Of a stretch of 64,000 nt of DNA, positions 1-10,107 are shown one piece after another (the stretch's first letter is position 1; the number at the start of each line of letters is the position of its first letter). Source of the stretch: Candidatus Culexmicrobium cathedralense. Its GTDB lineage: Archaea; Thermoproteota; Methanomethylicia; Culexarchaeales; Culexmicrobiaceae. The notes beneath the pieces were generated by a model. It made no database searches. It worked only from the letters and a program-made list of their open reading frames with translations, and was not told the origin of the DNA. The stretch spans positions 467,092 through 531,091 of the forward strand of contig JANZKC010000002.1 of the NCBI GenBank assembly GCA_025061115.1, written 5' to 3'. The position numbers and the translations under genes were made by a program.

Positions 1-2220
1 TACTTTGATCATACACGTAGAATAGTTAGAGTTAAACGAGTTCGACATTCAAGTATCAGGCTTAACTTATTAAATTATGTACCATATAAGTGCTATGACG
101 ATTCATGGTTTAACTATCAAACAAGTTCAGGAGTTTGGCGTGCATGTGCTCCTGAATTTATAACTTATATAACATTTGACATGCTACCCGATGCTAATAA
201 GCCTCTATTATACTTATGCTGTAGACGGCGCGGTCATAATCTTGAAGTTCTAAATCTCATATACATTTCAAGGCCTACCAAAAGTGTTGAAAGCATACCT
301 GTCACATACACTTATGACTGTAAGTTTGTATGGATAGGAGCATCTAAAAGTGATCTGAAAAGCATGGGCTTCACAGAGCCACCAACAAATTATACAATCG
401 AAGAAGTTTACAGTAGAGGTTCGAGAGCAATTTACTTTGAAAGAAGGTATTCTTATGATGATTTGCTTGACAATTCAAGTGTTACTAGAGCTTTGAGATC
501 ATATGCTATAGTTAAAGTTTATATAGAGCCAGTAAGGGAATTAGGGTATCCACCTGTACTTATCTTGCACATGGATAATGCAGGCTTATATGTGCGTAGA
601 GTTCCTAAGATATGCTTTAAAAAAGTTCTTTTAGGCTCCCGTTTAAGAGCAATGATTACAATGCTATCATCAGCACCTATATTCATTAATATGCACACAT
701 ATCCTCAAAGAGCTACAATGGGCGGAGGATTAGGTGTAAGAATTATTAATAGCGAAGGATTTGAAATTCTCTTCGAAAAGAGGGCATTTAGAAAACTAAT
801 TGAGGGTATTGTACTAAGCGATATTAAGTTGTTGAAGACGCTTCTACTAAAATATGTTTTAATAAAATACTGTTATGATAGAAGGGAAGACTATTATGAT
901 TTCTTAGCAATATCAGACTTAATCCTCACATTAATTCAAGGCGATCCAGAGAATAAGTTAAGGAATTATAGTAAAGCATTATATGCCATAGATGTAGATG
1001 AAGTTATAGCTAATTTGAGGAGAGCACCTGAAGATTATGATCGATTCATAAATTACGTTGTTGAGGTAGCCCTCAACTCATTAGCTCATATTCTTCTAAA
1101 AGTAATTACAGCGCACACACTTAATACTCAACTGAAAAATTTCACTTTATATGTTGATACTCAGTACAAGGCAAGAATCAATGGAGAGGAAGATGAGTAT
1201 TACGCTATACTGGTCTTGGAAAATTCACATGAAGGCCTAGGCTTTATAGAGCAACTAAGTGCACTACTATCACAAGATACTCAGATAAACATAGTTAAAT
1301 ACATCATAAAACCCGCTCTTCAAATGTTAATAGATGATAAAACTGGTAAAGACTTCTGCTCCATGCACTATGAAGCTTATAGAAGGAAGGACAAGAGCTT
1401 AGTTGATGCACTATGCGGCAGAAATCCAGACTTGAATCAACTAAGAGATTACGTGAGAAACCTTGTAAATGAATGGAGAAAGCACTTAAAAATAGATTTT
1501 CCATCAGATTTCATACGACCCCTACTCCAACACTACCTAAAAATTGTCAATCCATCTCTACGCAGAAAACTTAACACAGATGCATTCCTCCGTGGATCAA
1601 TACCTCAAGTCTATAATGTTGAAGTACCATTCTGTTGGGATGGTTGTGAGCAATGCATTAGATTGAGAGACGCTTACTTGTTGACACCAATAGAGCAAAT
1701 ATTCAACTTATCCAAAAAACTACTAGTACGTATAATAAATGTACTCTACGATCTACTTGATCCAAGCAAGAAAGCACTCCATAGAACTGGAAGTGGCTTA
1801 GGTCAAGAAGTTTTAAAGCTCTTAAGCTCGGCAAGTACTGAAATAAGGATAATGTGTCCATGGATATCACCTGACATAGCTCAATACTTAATTGATATTG
1901 CGCAAAATAAGGGATTAAAAATAAGAATTATAACACATCCCCCAAGCAGAAATGAACCTCTTCCCCACATAAACGCAGTAAGCATACTCGAAAAGGCAGC
2001 TAAACAGTTAAATATAATTAAAATAGCATACAATGAAAAAATTCATGCAAAAACAATAATTATAGATGATACGTTATTAATAACTGGCTCAATGAACTTA
2101 ACAAAACGTGGAACAGAAATAAACATAGAAAGCATAACCATATTCAAATGCAAATCCACAATATACACAAGCATTGTAGATTACGAATTACAGTGGTGGG
2201 TTTCATTAAATAAAACCTAA
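1..2220 (+). CDS. 5'-truncated DUF1998 (Zn-binding) + phospholipase D-like nuclease domain protein, probably the C-terminal part of a DEAD/DEAH helicase fusion
   Basis: Frame is open from base 1 (no stop in 1-180). Motifs NSLAH, ENSHEGLG and CWDGCEQC (DUF1998-like); C-terminal PWIS...HAKTIIIDD...GSMNLT (HKD PLD motif). Confidence 0.7.
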   Translation, partial: YFDHTRRIVRVKRVRHSSIRLNLLNYVPYKCYDDSWFNYQTSSGVWRACAPEFITYITFDMLPDANKPLLYLCCRRRGHNLEVLNLIYISRPTKSVESIPVTYTYDCKFVWIGASKSDLKSMGFTEPPTNYTIEEVYSRGSRAIYFERRYSYDDLLDNSSVTRALRSYAIVKVYIEPVRELGYPPVLILHMDNAGLYVRRVPKICFKKVLLGSRLRAMITMLSSAPIFINMHTYPQRATMGGGLGVRIINSEGFEILFEKRAFRKLIEGIVLSDIKLLKTLLLKYVLIKYCYDRREDYYDFLAISDLILTLIQGDPENKLRNYSKALYAIDVDEVIANLRRAPEDYDRFINYVVEVALNSLAHILLKVITAHTLNTQLKNFTLYVDTQYKARINGEEDEYYAILVLENSHEGLGFIEQLSALLSQDTQINIVKYIIKPALQMLIDDKTGKDFCSMHYEAYRRKDKSLVDALCGRNPDLNQLRDYVRNLVNEWRKHLKIDFPSDFIRPLLQHYLKIVNPSLRRKLNTDAFLRGSIPQVYNVEVPFCWDGCEQCIRLRDAYLLTPIEQIFNLSKKLLVRIINVLYDLLDPSKKALHRTGSGLGQEVLKLLSSASTEIRIMCPWISPDIAQYLIDIAQNKGLKIRIITHPPSRNEPLPHINAVSILEKAAKQLNIIKIAYNEKIHAKTIIIDDTLLITGSMNLTKRGTEINIESITIFKCKSTIYTSIVDYELQWWVSLNKT

Positions 2221-2345
2221 AACCTCCAAATAAACTCCGGACAAAATCCATGATAAAATCGTCAACCAGTTTAATCACCGCTATATATTTGTTCATAGCT
2301 CAATTTCTTAGAAAAATACTTTGTCTATAGGTTAGGTGAAATAGT

Positions 2346-3660
2346 ATGAGCAAAAATAAAAGTAGAAATGAGTATAAACTAATCTACTTCGTACCACTAA
2401 TCATAGTATTAATAGGTGTCGTAGCATTTTTTATCGTTAATGAAATTCTTAAACCAAAAATAATTGGTGAAGTTGTTGAAGAATTATCATTAACTGAAAT
2501 TATTCCTACTAGTCATGAAGAAGCAATAAAAATTATGCCTAAACTATTCAAGTAAAATTGGGAAAATACTAGTAACCTACTTTGAAGATCAAATACAAAC
2601 TGGCCCAATAATTGACAATGGATATCTAATATTCAAGGAACCAATACCAGTTTACATGAATAGTGGATGGTTAACGATTAAAGTAAAAATACTGGAAGCA
2701 GAACCAGAGGACTACACGTTGATGTGGGTATTTGACAAAAACTATACGATAACATTTGAATGGAGCAAATATTATGTTGGGGCTATACTATTTGAGGGAT
2801 TAGTAGATAGGGTTCGTGTAGCTGAATGTTTTAGCATAATAGCACCAAATTTTACATATAGCATTAAATGTCTAGTTCTACCAAAAAGATATCAGCCACC
2901 AAGTTTTCCAGCATTTGGGAAAACCTACACGATAACAATTCCAGCTTGGATTGAATTCAAAGTACACGCTAATACTATTGATGAAATTCTCGAGAACTTA
3001 CCAGCAATTCTACGTGATTTAGCTGATGAAGTTGATCAAGGATTTAGTCCACATCAAGCTTTAGAGAGATTATTTGAAAACGCCACTTACGGTAAATTCA
3101 CGGACAAATTCATAGCACTCCTAGTTAAGCGTGCAAGAGTATTTGGCTCACTAAGAGACTCCCTAACTGGAATAGAGCACCTACTACCAGTTCAAGCGAG
3201 ACTAGCTTTATGGCTAATTATTCTGGGGGAGGAATTGGGTGCAACTTCAAGTGTATATCATGAATTAGCAGATGCAATGCACGAATATTATTTGTCATTG
3301 AAAAGCTTCAAGCGTAGCTGCCAAGGATTTAGGTGGATGGCAATTGGACTAGTAGCCCTAACAATAGGTTTAGTAATAACGTTATTCTCAACACTAATTT
3401 CAAGAATAAGCATTATCAGTGAACTAGCATTTAAAGCTGAAGGAATAATTTCATTACCATTCAATATTGCCGGCCTAACACAATTACCAACAATTAAGGA
3501 TTGGATTTACGCATCAGTAGCATTGAATTCAATTGTTCTAGCATTAACAGCAGGTAAAACGCTTGACTGGAGGTTGGGTGGAGCATTTAGGGATGTAGCA
3601 CTAGTGTCAACAATAATACTGTTAGCTCTAATATTCGGCTTAATCTTTAGATTACTATGA
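2346..3660 (+). pseudogene. Frameshifted membrane protein with a C-terminal type II secretion system F (TadC/ArlJ-like) domain
   Basis: ORFs 2346-2555 and 2656-3660 join if one A is removed from gcaatAAAAAttatgc (~2527-2532); the downstream frame is open from 2530. C-terminal ENLPAILRDLADEVDQG...ALERL plus TM helices. Confidence 0.6.
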
Positions 3661-3816
3661 TTTATGCATTAAATCTTCAATAGTGCTATTGATTTTTGAG
3701 ATTATTGCTTCATAAATTTCATCATCACTAGCATTCAAATTGTATGTTGCAAGAAGTTCATCATCACCGAAAATAGAAACTTTACCATTAACAATAACCA
3801 CAAAAATACTCCTCAA
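3655..3816 (-). CDS. Small hypothetical protein (53 aa, MRSIFVVIVNGKVSIFGDDELLATYNLNASDDEIYEAIISKINSTIEDLMHKS), not in the ORF track
   Basis: TTG start preceded by a GGTGA ribosome-binding site; stop overlaps the end of the convergent gene. Confidence 0.55.
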   Translation of the reverse strand: MRSIFVVIVNGKVSIFGDDELLATYNLNASDDEIYEAIISKINSTIEDLMHKS

Positions 3817-4018
3817 ATATTCTTCACCCCAAGCTCTATTTGTGAATTTGTGCGTGTGTAAATACTATAGTATCTGAGTCGGTATGTTCATTAGATATTA
3901 TGAATTTAATGATTCACGAACCATGTTAATGTTCATGGTAAGCGAATATATTATAGCATGCTATTCATGAATTCAAGCAACTTAAATACTCTAATGCAGT
4001 CTATAAGGGAATTCATTA

Positions 4019-4447
4019 ATGACTGTTGGAGATAAAAAGATTATTACTAAGAGTGATAAAGTAGCACTACAAGTATTAATTCCTAAAGAGTTGTATGATG
4101 AACTCATAAGAATAGCAATTGAAGAGTATGGTTCAGTGAAGGGTGCAGTTTCAAATTTAGTTGAAAGAGCAATTAGGATATATCTTGGACCTAAAATGCA
4201 CACACAAATACGCACAAATCCACCCAATAAAATACGCCAAATATACGACAAAGTAATTGAAAGAGTTAAGGAATTGTTAGGTATTGATTTTAAACCATAT
4301 CATGTTCCAACTAAGCTATTTGAGCAGGCAATAGCAATGGAGCGTGGAAGTGATCCAAGAACAATTAGTAAGTGGATTAGCACGTTCAAGAGATTTAAAC
4401 TAATAAAATTCGTAGATCAATACGGGAAAGTATTAGAGCTTCTCTAA
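4019..4447 (+). CDS. RHH/CopG-like DNA-binding protein with a C-terminal winged-helix-like domain
   Basis: N-terminal LQVLIPKELYDEL...VSNLVERAIRIYL ribbon-helix-helix pattern; C-terminal GSDPRTISKWI...LIKFV. Confidence 0.6.
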   Translation: MTVGDKKIITKSDKVALQVLIPKELYDELIRIAIEEYGSVKGAVSNLVERAIRIYLGPKMHTQIRTNPPNKIRQIYDKVIERVKELLGIDFKPYHVPTKLFEQAIAMERGSDPRTISKWISTFKRFKLIKFVDQYGKVLELL

Positions 4448-4648
4448 CTAGAGTTTGGGAATATTTCCAAATTTGATAATCTATTAGTTATTTCTTTAGA
4501 AACAATCGTGCAAACCTTTTACTTATTAGTTTAACTCCAAATTTACATGCAACATTAATGAAAGGATTTTGAATTAGATTACACATTGAAGTCTCTTACT
4601 TCGTTTAAAATCTCTACAAGCCTCCTCCATTGCAATTCTGGCGAGCTC

Positions 4649-4882
4649 CTATGTGTATGTTGAGTATAATCCATCTTCAACATAGTCATAAATATTCTCG
4701 TTGATATGATCATGATATCCACATGTTTTATAATCTCTCACACGGCGCTCTAAATAGCTTAGGTGTAATTTGTTTTCATAATCATTGGAATCGTTCCCCA
4801 CGATGTTGTCTTTATTTATTTTAACTACATTTCTGTTCGGATAAGAACTTGGACTTAAGTAAGCGGGTTGGTTTTTAACCAT
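4649..4882 (-). pseudogene. Hypothetical gene remnant
   Basis: Short ORF whose frame continues for about 24 codons past its TAG stop (ELARIAMEEACRDF...); no recognisable domain. Confidence 0.25.
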
Positions 4883-5023
4883 TAATTAACACTGTATAGC
4901 CCTTATGGTCAGGAAGATTTTTAATGAGGTACTTTTAAGTTCTAAGACTGTCATCTCATGCAATTAACTTCAGATTTCGCAACTAGCTTTCTAATTTTAA
5001 TTTAATGATTATTTTGTTGAATT

Positions 5024-5521
5024 TTATTTTTGCTTTAGTTGTTTAATCTTGTAGATGTTTAATATTTTGATAGTTAGTAGGTAGAATGGTATGCTTATTA
5101 TAATTGTTATAATTAGTATTTTAATTATTATTTGCGGCTCTCTAATTGCTGCAGTTGCAAGAAAGCCTAACAATATCGTGGGTATGAATCCTCCACTTGA
5201 TGATAGCATTAGGAGTAGCATTTGAATCCAAAATGGAATTCTGTAATTTAAATATATGATGCAGGCAATCATTATTGAAAGCGTAGATATTATGGTTAAA
5301 ATTAATAGGATTATTAGTGATTTAATTGATTTATGAAACTTCATTTTATAAGCTAGGTAAGCATTAATTAAACCGATTATAGATAATGGATTAAATATTG
5401 GTGGTACCATGAAAAATGACATGATAAAGCTATTTACAATAGCAAGTATAAAAAGTATGTTAACTAGCAGTGGGTTAGGTTTAAGCATTACTATCACTTC
5501 ACGGCTTTTTCTTGCCCTCAA
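5024..5521 (-). CDS. Hypothetical multi-pass membrane protein
   Basis: About five hydrophobic segments; overlaps the end of the upstream ORF. Confidence 0.55.
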   Translation of the reverse strand: MRARKSREVIVMLKPNPLLVNILFILAIVNSFIMSFFMVPPIFNPLSIIGLINAYLAYKMKFHKSIKSLIILLILTIISTLSIMIACIIYLNYRIPFWIQMLLLMLSSSGGFIPTILLGFLATAAIREPQIIIKILIITIIISIPFYLLTIKILNIYKIKQLKQK

Positions 5522-6002
5522 CTATGATGAAGATTTTCCAATTACCTGTTAATAGTTTACTAGATTTTAATTTTAACAAATCACCCCGTCTTAATTCAAC
5601 ATAGTTATCATCGCTTTTAATTATTTGATTAACTACATCACCTTGAATCGAATGAATTGCTTCACATAATTGAAAGACGAAACCTATATTGGATTCATTT
5701 ACAGCTATCACTGTAATTTTGTCAATAAGTAATGTATGGTTTTCTTGTACCAGCATCCTTAGTACAAGCTTTCTATATTCTCGATGGGTCATTAGCTCCA
5801 TTACTTTAGATACATCAATTATATCACGGTCACTATGAAGCATTAGATTGCAAGAATCCTTCCAATTGCTTCCCGTCCAAACTTGAACATGCAATCCCGC
5901 AGTTGATGTTAATGAAGGATCAACTTCATAGAATACTCTCAAATATGAAAAATATGCTTCTGAATACCCCATGTGCTCCTCTACAACATCTTCAACTTGC
6001 AT
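5499..6002 (-). CDS. Hypothetical protein, probably a C-terminal fragment of a larger extracellular protein
   Basis: 167-aa beta-rich ORF; upstream sequence contains broken reading frames. Confidence 0.4.
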   Translation of the reverse strand: MQVEDVVEEHMGYSEAYFSYLRVFYEVDPSLTSTAGLHVQVWTGSNWKDSCNLMLHSDRDIIDVSKVMELMTHREYRKLVLRMLVQENHTLLIDKITVIAVNESNIGFVFQLCEAIHSIQGDVVNQIIKSDDNYVELRRGDLLKLKSSKLLTGNWKIFIIVEGKKKP

Positions 6003-6192
6003 TAATTTGCATTTCCATATAATTAAAATAAATATATATTCTCTTGCTCTTGTGCAGCAAATACAGCATCTCTTAAAGCATTATAAATCATTCCGATTGA
6101 TCTATCTAATATTGATGTTTAGATGATTGATGAGCTAAACTATTGAATAGTTTCACTGATTTGAGTGTGGAAAGTTGCATATTTGCTTTAAG

Positions 6193-6699
6193 CTAATCAG
6201 CTGAGCTTTCGAGTAATTTTGTAAAAAGTGTTATGTAATACACTGTTCCTAGTGCGCCCATTAGCATACAAACCGTCATTATGTGTATTGCTAAGCTTGG
6301 ATTATATAGTGGATTAATCTTTAGTGGGTAGAGCGGCTTTATGTCACTGTATAATGGTGAGTCCAGCAATACGTGGAGCAGTGTGCCTGAAATTCCTGCC
6401 AAACTAAACGACTTTAGGCTTAAGGGTTTTTCGGGTATGAGCAGTAGTGCTTTCCATAATGAATTTAAGAGTTTATCTAACGCGAACATGATATAGCCTA
6501 AAGCTAAGCCCAATAATATTGCCGCGATAAGCGTATGCATATATCCGTGAAGCGGATACCTCAGTCTTAGAACAAGAATTAGAAATGGTTCAATGTCAAT
6601 GATTACGTTAGCTATTATGAATGTCGGTGCATGCATGCGCTTCTTAAATGCCAATCCTAAAGCCAATCCAGGACCTAAATGGAGAGGAGTGAATGGCAC
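6193..6699 (-). CDS. Membrane-bound metal-dependent hydrolase (DUF4184/YdjM-like)
   Basis: MPFTPLH, IIDIEP, LHGYMHT and HVLLD motifs with TM helices. Confidence 0.75.
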   Translation of the reverse strand: MPFTPLHLGPGLALGLAFKKRMHAPTFIIANVIIDIEPFLILVLRLRYPLHGYMHTLIAAILLGLALGYIMFALDKLLNSLWKALLLIPEKPLSLKSFSLAGISGTLLHVLLDSPLYSDIKPLYPLKINPLYNPSLAIHIMTVCMLMGALGTVYYITLFTKLLESSAD

Positions 6700-6848
6700 T
6701 TTGATCCCAGAATTTAATATAAAATTTAATTAACTTAAAGATTTAATAGCAACTACTTCAACTTTACCTCACATGACATTCATTATGTTTAGCAAAATGA
6801 TAATAAATTTATTCTTAATATCATCATTAATTTTTAATTGGGATCTAA

Positions 6849-7235
6849 ATGGCTAAAGATAGTAGCAAGACAATGGCCGTTCGCTTGGGTGATAAGAAAT
6901 ATTATGTTTGTAGTATTGAGGAGGCGCTGAAGAAAAAGTCTGGAACTAGAGTCTGCGTTAAAGGTAGAGTGAAAGGTAAAGTTATCATTGAAGTTAGGCG
7001 GGCGGGATGGCCATTTTCTTGGGGTTCAAGGCATATTGAAAAAGATCATTATCACGTGACGAAGTTTTACTTGGAGAACCTTCAGGTGATTTATGAGGGA
7101 ATCGCATTATTGAAGGATAAAGACGAAGTTAAGGTTTATGGGAAAGTTGAAACCGAAGCGGATCTTGGAAGAGTTTATCGAGTACTGTATGCAGATAGAA
7201 TAGAGTTGGATGACGTAATATATTCCGTAGGCTAA
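6849..7235 (+). CDS. Hypothetical OB-fold-like protein
   Basis: VCVKGRVKG...DEVKVYGKV...LYADRIE beta-strand pattern. Confidence 0.5.
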   Translation: MAKDSSKTMAVRLGDKKYYVCSIEEALKKKSGTRVCVKGRVKGKVIIEVRRAGWPFSWGSRHIEKDHYHVTKFYLENLQVIYEGIALLKDKDEVKVYGKVETEADLGRVYRVLYADRIELDDVIYSVG

Positions 7236-7588
7236 CATCCCACTACCCCACCATAAAAAGGAACGTTGAACGTACCGTCATAGCTATGAAGTAAGGACTA
7301 TAAGTTAACTTGCTTTAAAGAACTCTGCTTCAATTCTAACTCTATAACCTTACTTCTTCAACACTGAAACTGCAAGAGCATTATTTGCTATTATCTTGAA
7401 ATCAGGTTTAACCTTGCCATATCTCTTAAACTTGAATGCTAGTTATTGCCGAAATACTTTTCAAATCCTTAATTTCAACAATATTTAACAGATAAAATTT
7501 GACCATTCATACTATGAAATTAAAATTAATGAAATTGAATAGTAAAGATAATTAATAAAATTACTTCTAAATTATTTGAGGTTTAAAA

Positions 7589-9349
7589 ATGATGTGTAAG
7601 CACGACCTGGAAAAGCTGGTTAAAGTTCCAATAGTATTAGGGTTCAGCGCAACTCCAAAAGGCGATGCAATAGCATTTTCATGGAATAAAACTGGAATCT
7701 ACCAATTGTACTTAATAGATGGAAGAGGCATTAGGCAGCTAACCAACAGGGCAGGCTCATGCATTCACCCAGCAATATCCAGGAACGGTGGGTTAGTAGC
7801 ATATCACTACGATGAAATTGGAAGCGAAAATTACTTCATAAATATCCTCAACCTGAAAACCGGCGAGGATTACACGCTCGTTGAAGGCGGGAAGTACTGT
7901 AATAGATTTGCGGAAATATCTCCTGACGGGAAGTGGATTGCCTACACATCTAATAGGGAAGGCGTGTTTCACGTCTATAAAACGAATATTGAAACTGGGG
8001 AGACAGTTAAGCTAACCGACTCGAAACGCCATGACTTTCAACTTTCATGGTCGCCAGATGGAAGGAAAATTGCAGTTTCCAGATTTACGCCAAATGCAAC
8101 CATCGAGCATGAATTAATCCTAGTTGACTCCGAAACTGGTGAAGAAGAAAGTTTGGGTAGGTTTTCAACCAGCTTCACTAAGCCCGATTGGAGAGCTGAT
8201 GGCAAAGCAATACTCTTTCAAAGCGAGGATTCAGGCTACTACAATGTAATTGAAATCGACGTCCAGACCAAGAAGTATAGAGCCATCGACCCAGCGGAGA
8301 GGGAGCAACACGATCCGAAATATTCAATTGAAGGGGAAAAGGTTATCTTCACCGAGATAGGTGACATAGGAAACTACATCGTAATTAAGGACTTGAGAAG
8401 CGGAGAGAGAAGAATTTTAAAAGTGGGTTCAGGAGTCCACCACGCAATAGCTCCAGTTGAAAAGGGAATTGTAGCAATATATTCAAGTGGAAGAAGAACA
8501 CCGGATCTGTGGCTCATATCTTGGGATGAAAAAGCCAAGCAGCTAACCAACGGCATGCCGGAGGACATCAATGTAAGCGAGCTCGTAGAGCCAAAGGCAG
8601 TTAAGTACAAGTCCCTAAACGGCCTCGAAGTGCCGGCGCTCCTATACGAGCCAGCGGGAGAGAGAATTGCAGGTTTAGTTCACGTTCACGGAGGGCCGAC
8701 AGCCCAAGTACTAAACACTTGGAGCCCAATAATCCAATTCATAGTTGGATGCGGCTTCGTGGTCATAGCACCCAACTTCAGAGGCAGCACAGGCTATGGC
8801 AGGAAATTCAGAGAGCTAAATCGAATGGACTGGGGCGGAGGAGACCTAAAGGACGTAGTAGCAGCTGCAAGATACCTAAAGGAGAAGTATGGAATCGAGA
8901 AGGTTGCAGTCATGGGCGGAAGCTACGGAGGCTACATGACCTTCCTAGCAATGACCAAGTACCCAGACGAGTGGTATGCGGGAGTAAGCATAGTTGGAAT
9001 AGTCAACTTGAAAACGCTCTATAAAGGAACTAGAGGAGACCTAAAAACGTACCTCGAATACTTCATGGGAAAGCCGGATGAAAATCTAGAGCTATATGAG
9101 GAGAGGAGCCCAATAAACTACGCTCATCAAATCAAGGCGCCAATACTGATCATCCAAGGAGCCCACGACCCAAGAGTGCCTCTTGAAGAGGCATTCCAAA
9201 TGGCAGAGAAGCTGAGGGAGGTCAAGGTTAAGTACAAATTGGTAGTGTACGGCGATGAAGGCCATGGGCTACTAAAAATGTCAAATAGGCTTGAAGCCAT
9301 CAAAATGAGTGCAGAATTCCTTCTAAAAGAGGCGAAGGCATCAAAATAA
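7589..9349 (+). CDS. S9 family peptidase (acylaminoacyl/prolyl oligopeptidase) with beta-propeller
   Basis: SPDG repeats, HVHGGP, NFRGSTGYG, GGSYGG nucleophile, HDPRV and DEGHG triad residues. Confidence 0.92.
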   Translation: MMCKHDLEKLVKVPIVLGFSATPKGDAIAFSWNKTGIYQLYLIDGRGIRQLTNRAGSCIHPAISRNGGLVAYHYDEIGSENYFINILNLKTGEDYTLVEGGKYCNRFAEISPDGKWIAYTSNREGVFHVYKTNIETGETVKLTDSKRHDFQLSWSPDGRKIAVSRFTPNATIEHELILVDSETGEEESLGRFSTSFTKPDWRADGKAILFQSEDSGYYNVIEIDVQTKKYRAIDPAEREQHDPKYSIEGEKVIFTEIGDIGNYIVIKDLRSGERRILKVGSGVHHAIAPVEKGIVAIYSSGRRTPDLWLISWDEKAKQLTNGMPEDINVSELVEPKAVKYKSLNGLEVPALLYEPAGERIAGLVHVHGGPTAQVLNTWSPIIQFIVGCGFVVIAPNFRGSTGYGRKFRELNRMDWGGGDLKDVVAAARYLKEKYGIEKVAVMGGSYGGYMTFLAMTKYPDEWYAGVSIVGIVNLKTLYKGTRGDLKTYLEYFMGKPDENLELYEERSPINYAHQIKAPILIIQGAHDPRVPLEEAFQMAEKLREVKVKYKLVVYGDEGHGLLKMSNRLEAIKMSAEFLLKEAKASK

Positions 9350-9424
9350 ATGGCGGAAAAACATCCAGCGCAGAGAAAGCGCTTCCCATATGACGGCAAC
9401 TCCAAGAATCCATGGCCACTGATA

Positions 9425-9628
9425 TTAATGCATATCACTTTTCTTTACAAATGACGAGTTGGATGCCACAGTACACCTCGTCCCTTTCCCCTCAAAATTG
9501 ATTGCCCTATCTCTATCGCAGCCCTTATGACGTAGCTCGATTCGGCCCTCAGCTTCAATGAGAGGACTTGAAGCGTTAACAGCGCTCTCATCGGCTGGAT
9601 AAGCCGCTACACCTATCAAGCCCCTCAC
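9425..9628 (-). pseudogene. Possible remnant of a class II glutamine amidotransferase (PurF-like) N-terminus
   Basis: MRGLIGV... and LRHKGCD resemble MCGIIG...LQHRGQD; start overlaps the upstream stop; only 67 aa. Confidence 0.3.
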
Positions 9629-10104
9629 AAATTCAGCATTACTAAGTATAGCGCTATTGCAGCTGTTCCAATCGACCCAATAGGCGACTGCGTTTCTACG
9701 TAAACTGCTCTTCCTAAACTCAGCTCTCTAGAGCTTAATCCAGGTTCCAATCCTCCAAATACGAGCAGCATTAACTGGCCCATTAAGGCCTTTTCAGCTA
9801 CTTCCTTTGGATTGAAAGGCTCCCTGCCATATGGCTTCGGCGCAAAAAGCAAGATCTCATCCGGCTTTAACAGGTCGATTACATCTTGAATGTCAGGCAC
9901 GAAAATAAGCTTCTTGCCCATGCGCATAGCAATTTTCTGAGCTTCCGGAACTCCAGTTTGAGCTGCTGTTCCAACCGCCTTCGAAATGACTAGGGTGCTT
10001 ATCCCCAAGCCATAGCAGATCTTGGCCATCTCAATTACACGCTGAACGGAGTGAACATTGTGGAGAGCAACTATGATGTTTCTAGCAGCGTCCAAGCACC
10101 TCAA
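9625..10104 (-). CDS. DUF2122 ('RecB-family nuclease') protein with a SPOUT-type knot motif
   Basis: LHNVHSVQRVIEMAK, GTAAQTGVPEA and VFGGLEPGLS motifs. Confidence 0.75.
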   Translation of the reverse strand: MRCLDAARNIIVALHNVHSVQRVIEMAKICYGLGISTLVISKAVGTAAQTGVPEAQKIAMRMGKKLIFVPDIQDVIDLLKPDEILLFAPKPYGREPFNPKEVAEKALMGQLMLLVFGGLEPGLSSRELSLGRAVYVETQSPIGSIGTAAIALYLVMLNL

Positions 10105-10107
10105 CCC

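Larger units (their letters stand above)
1..7560. mobile_element. AT-rich decayed accessory island / integrated element remnant (left end outside the window)
   Basis: Visibly lower GC than the 9.6-43.7 kb core; defence-type gene, RHH regulator, frameshifted and fragmentary ORFs. No integrase or att site seen. Confidence 0.5.

Noticed and set aside
6128-6159. TGATGA...CTGA flanking an AAACTAT/ATAGTTT hairpin (C/D or K-turn-like)
   Set aside because: No internal D'/C' boxes or guide regions, and it lies in AT-rich gene debris; probably chance.
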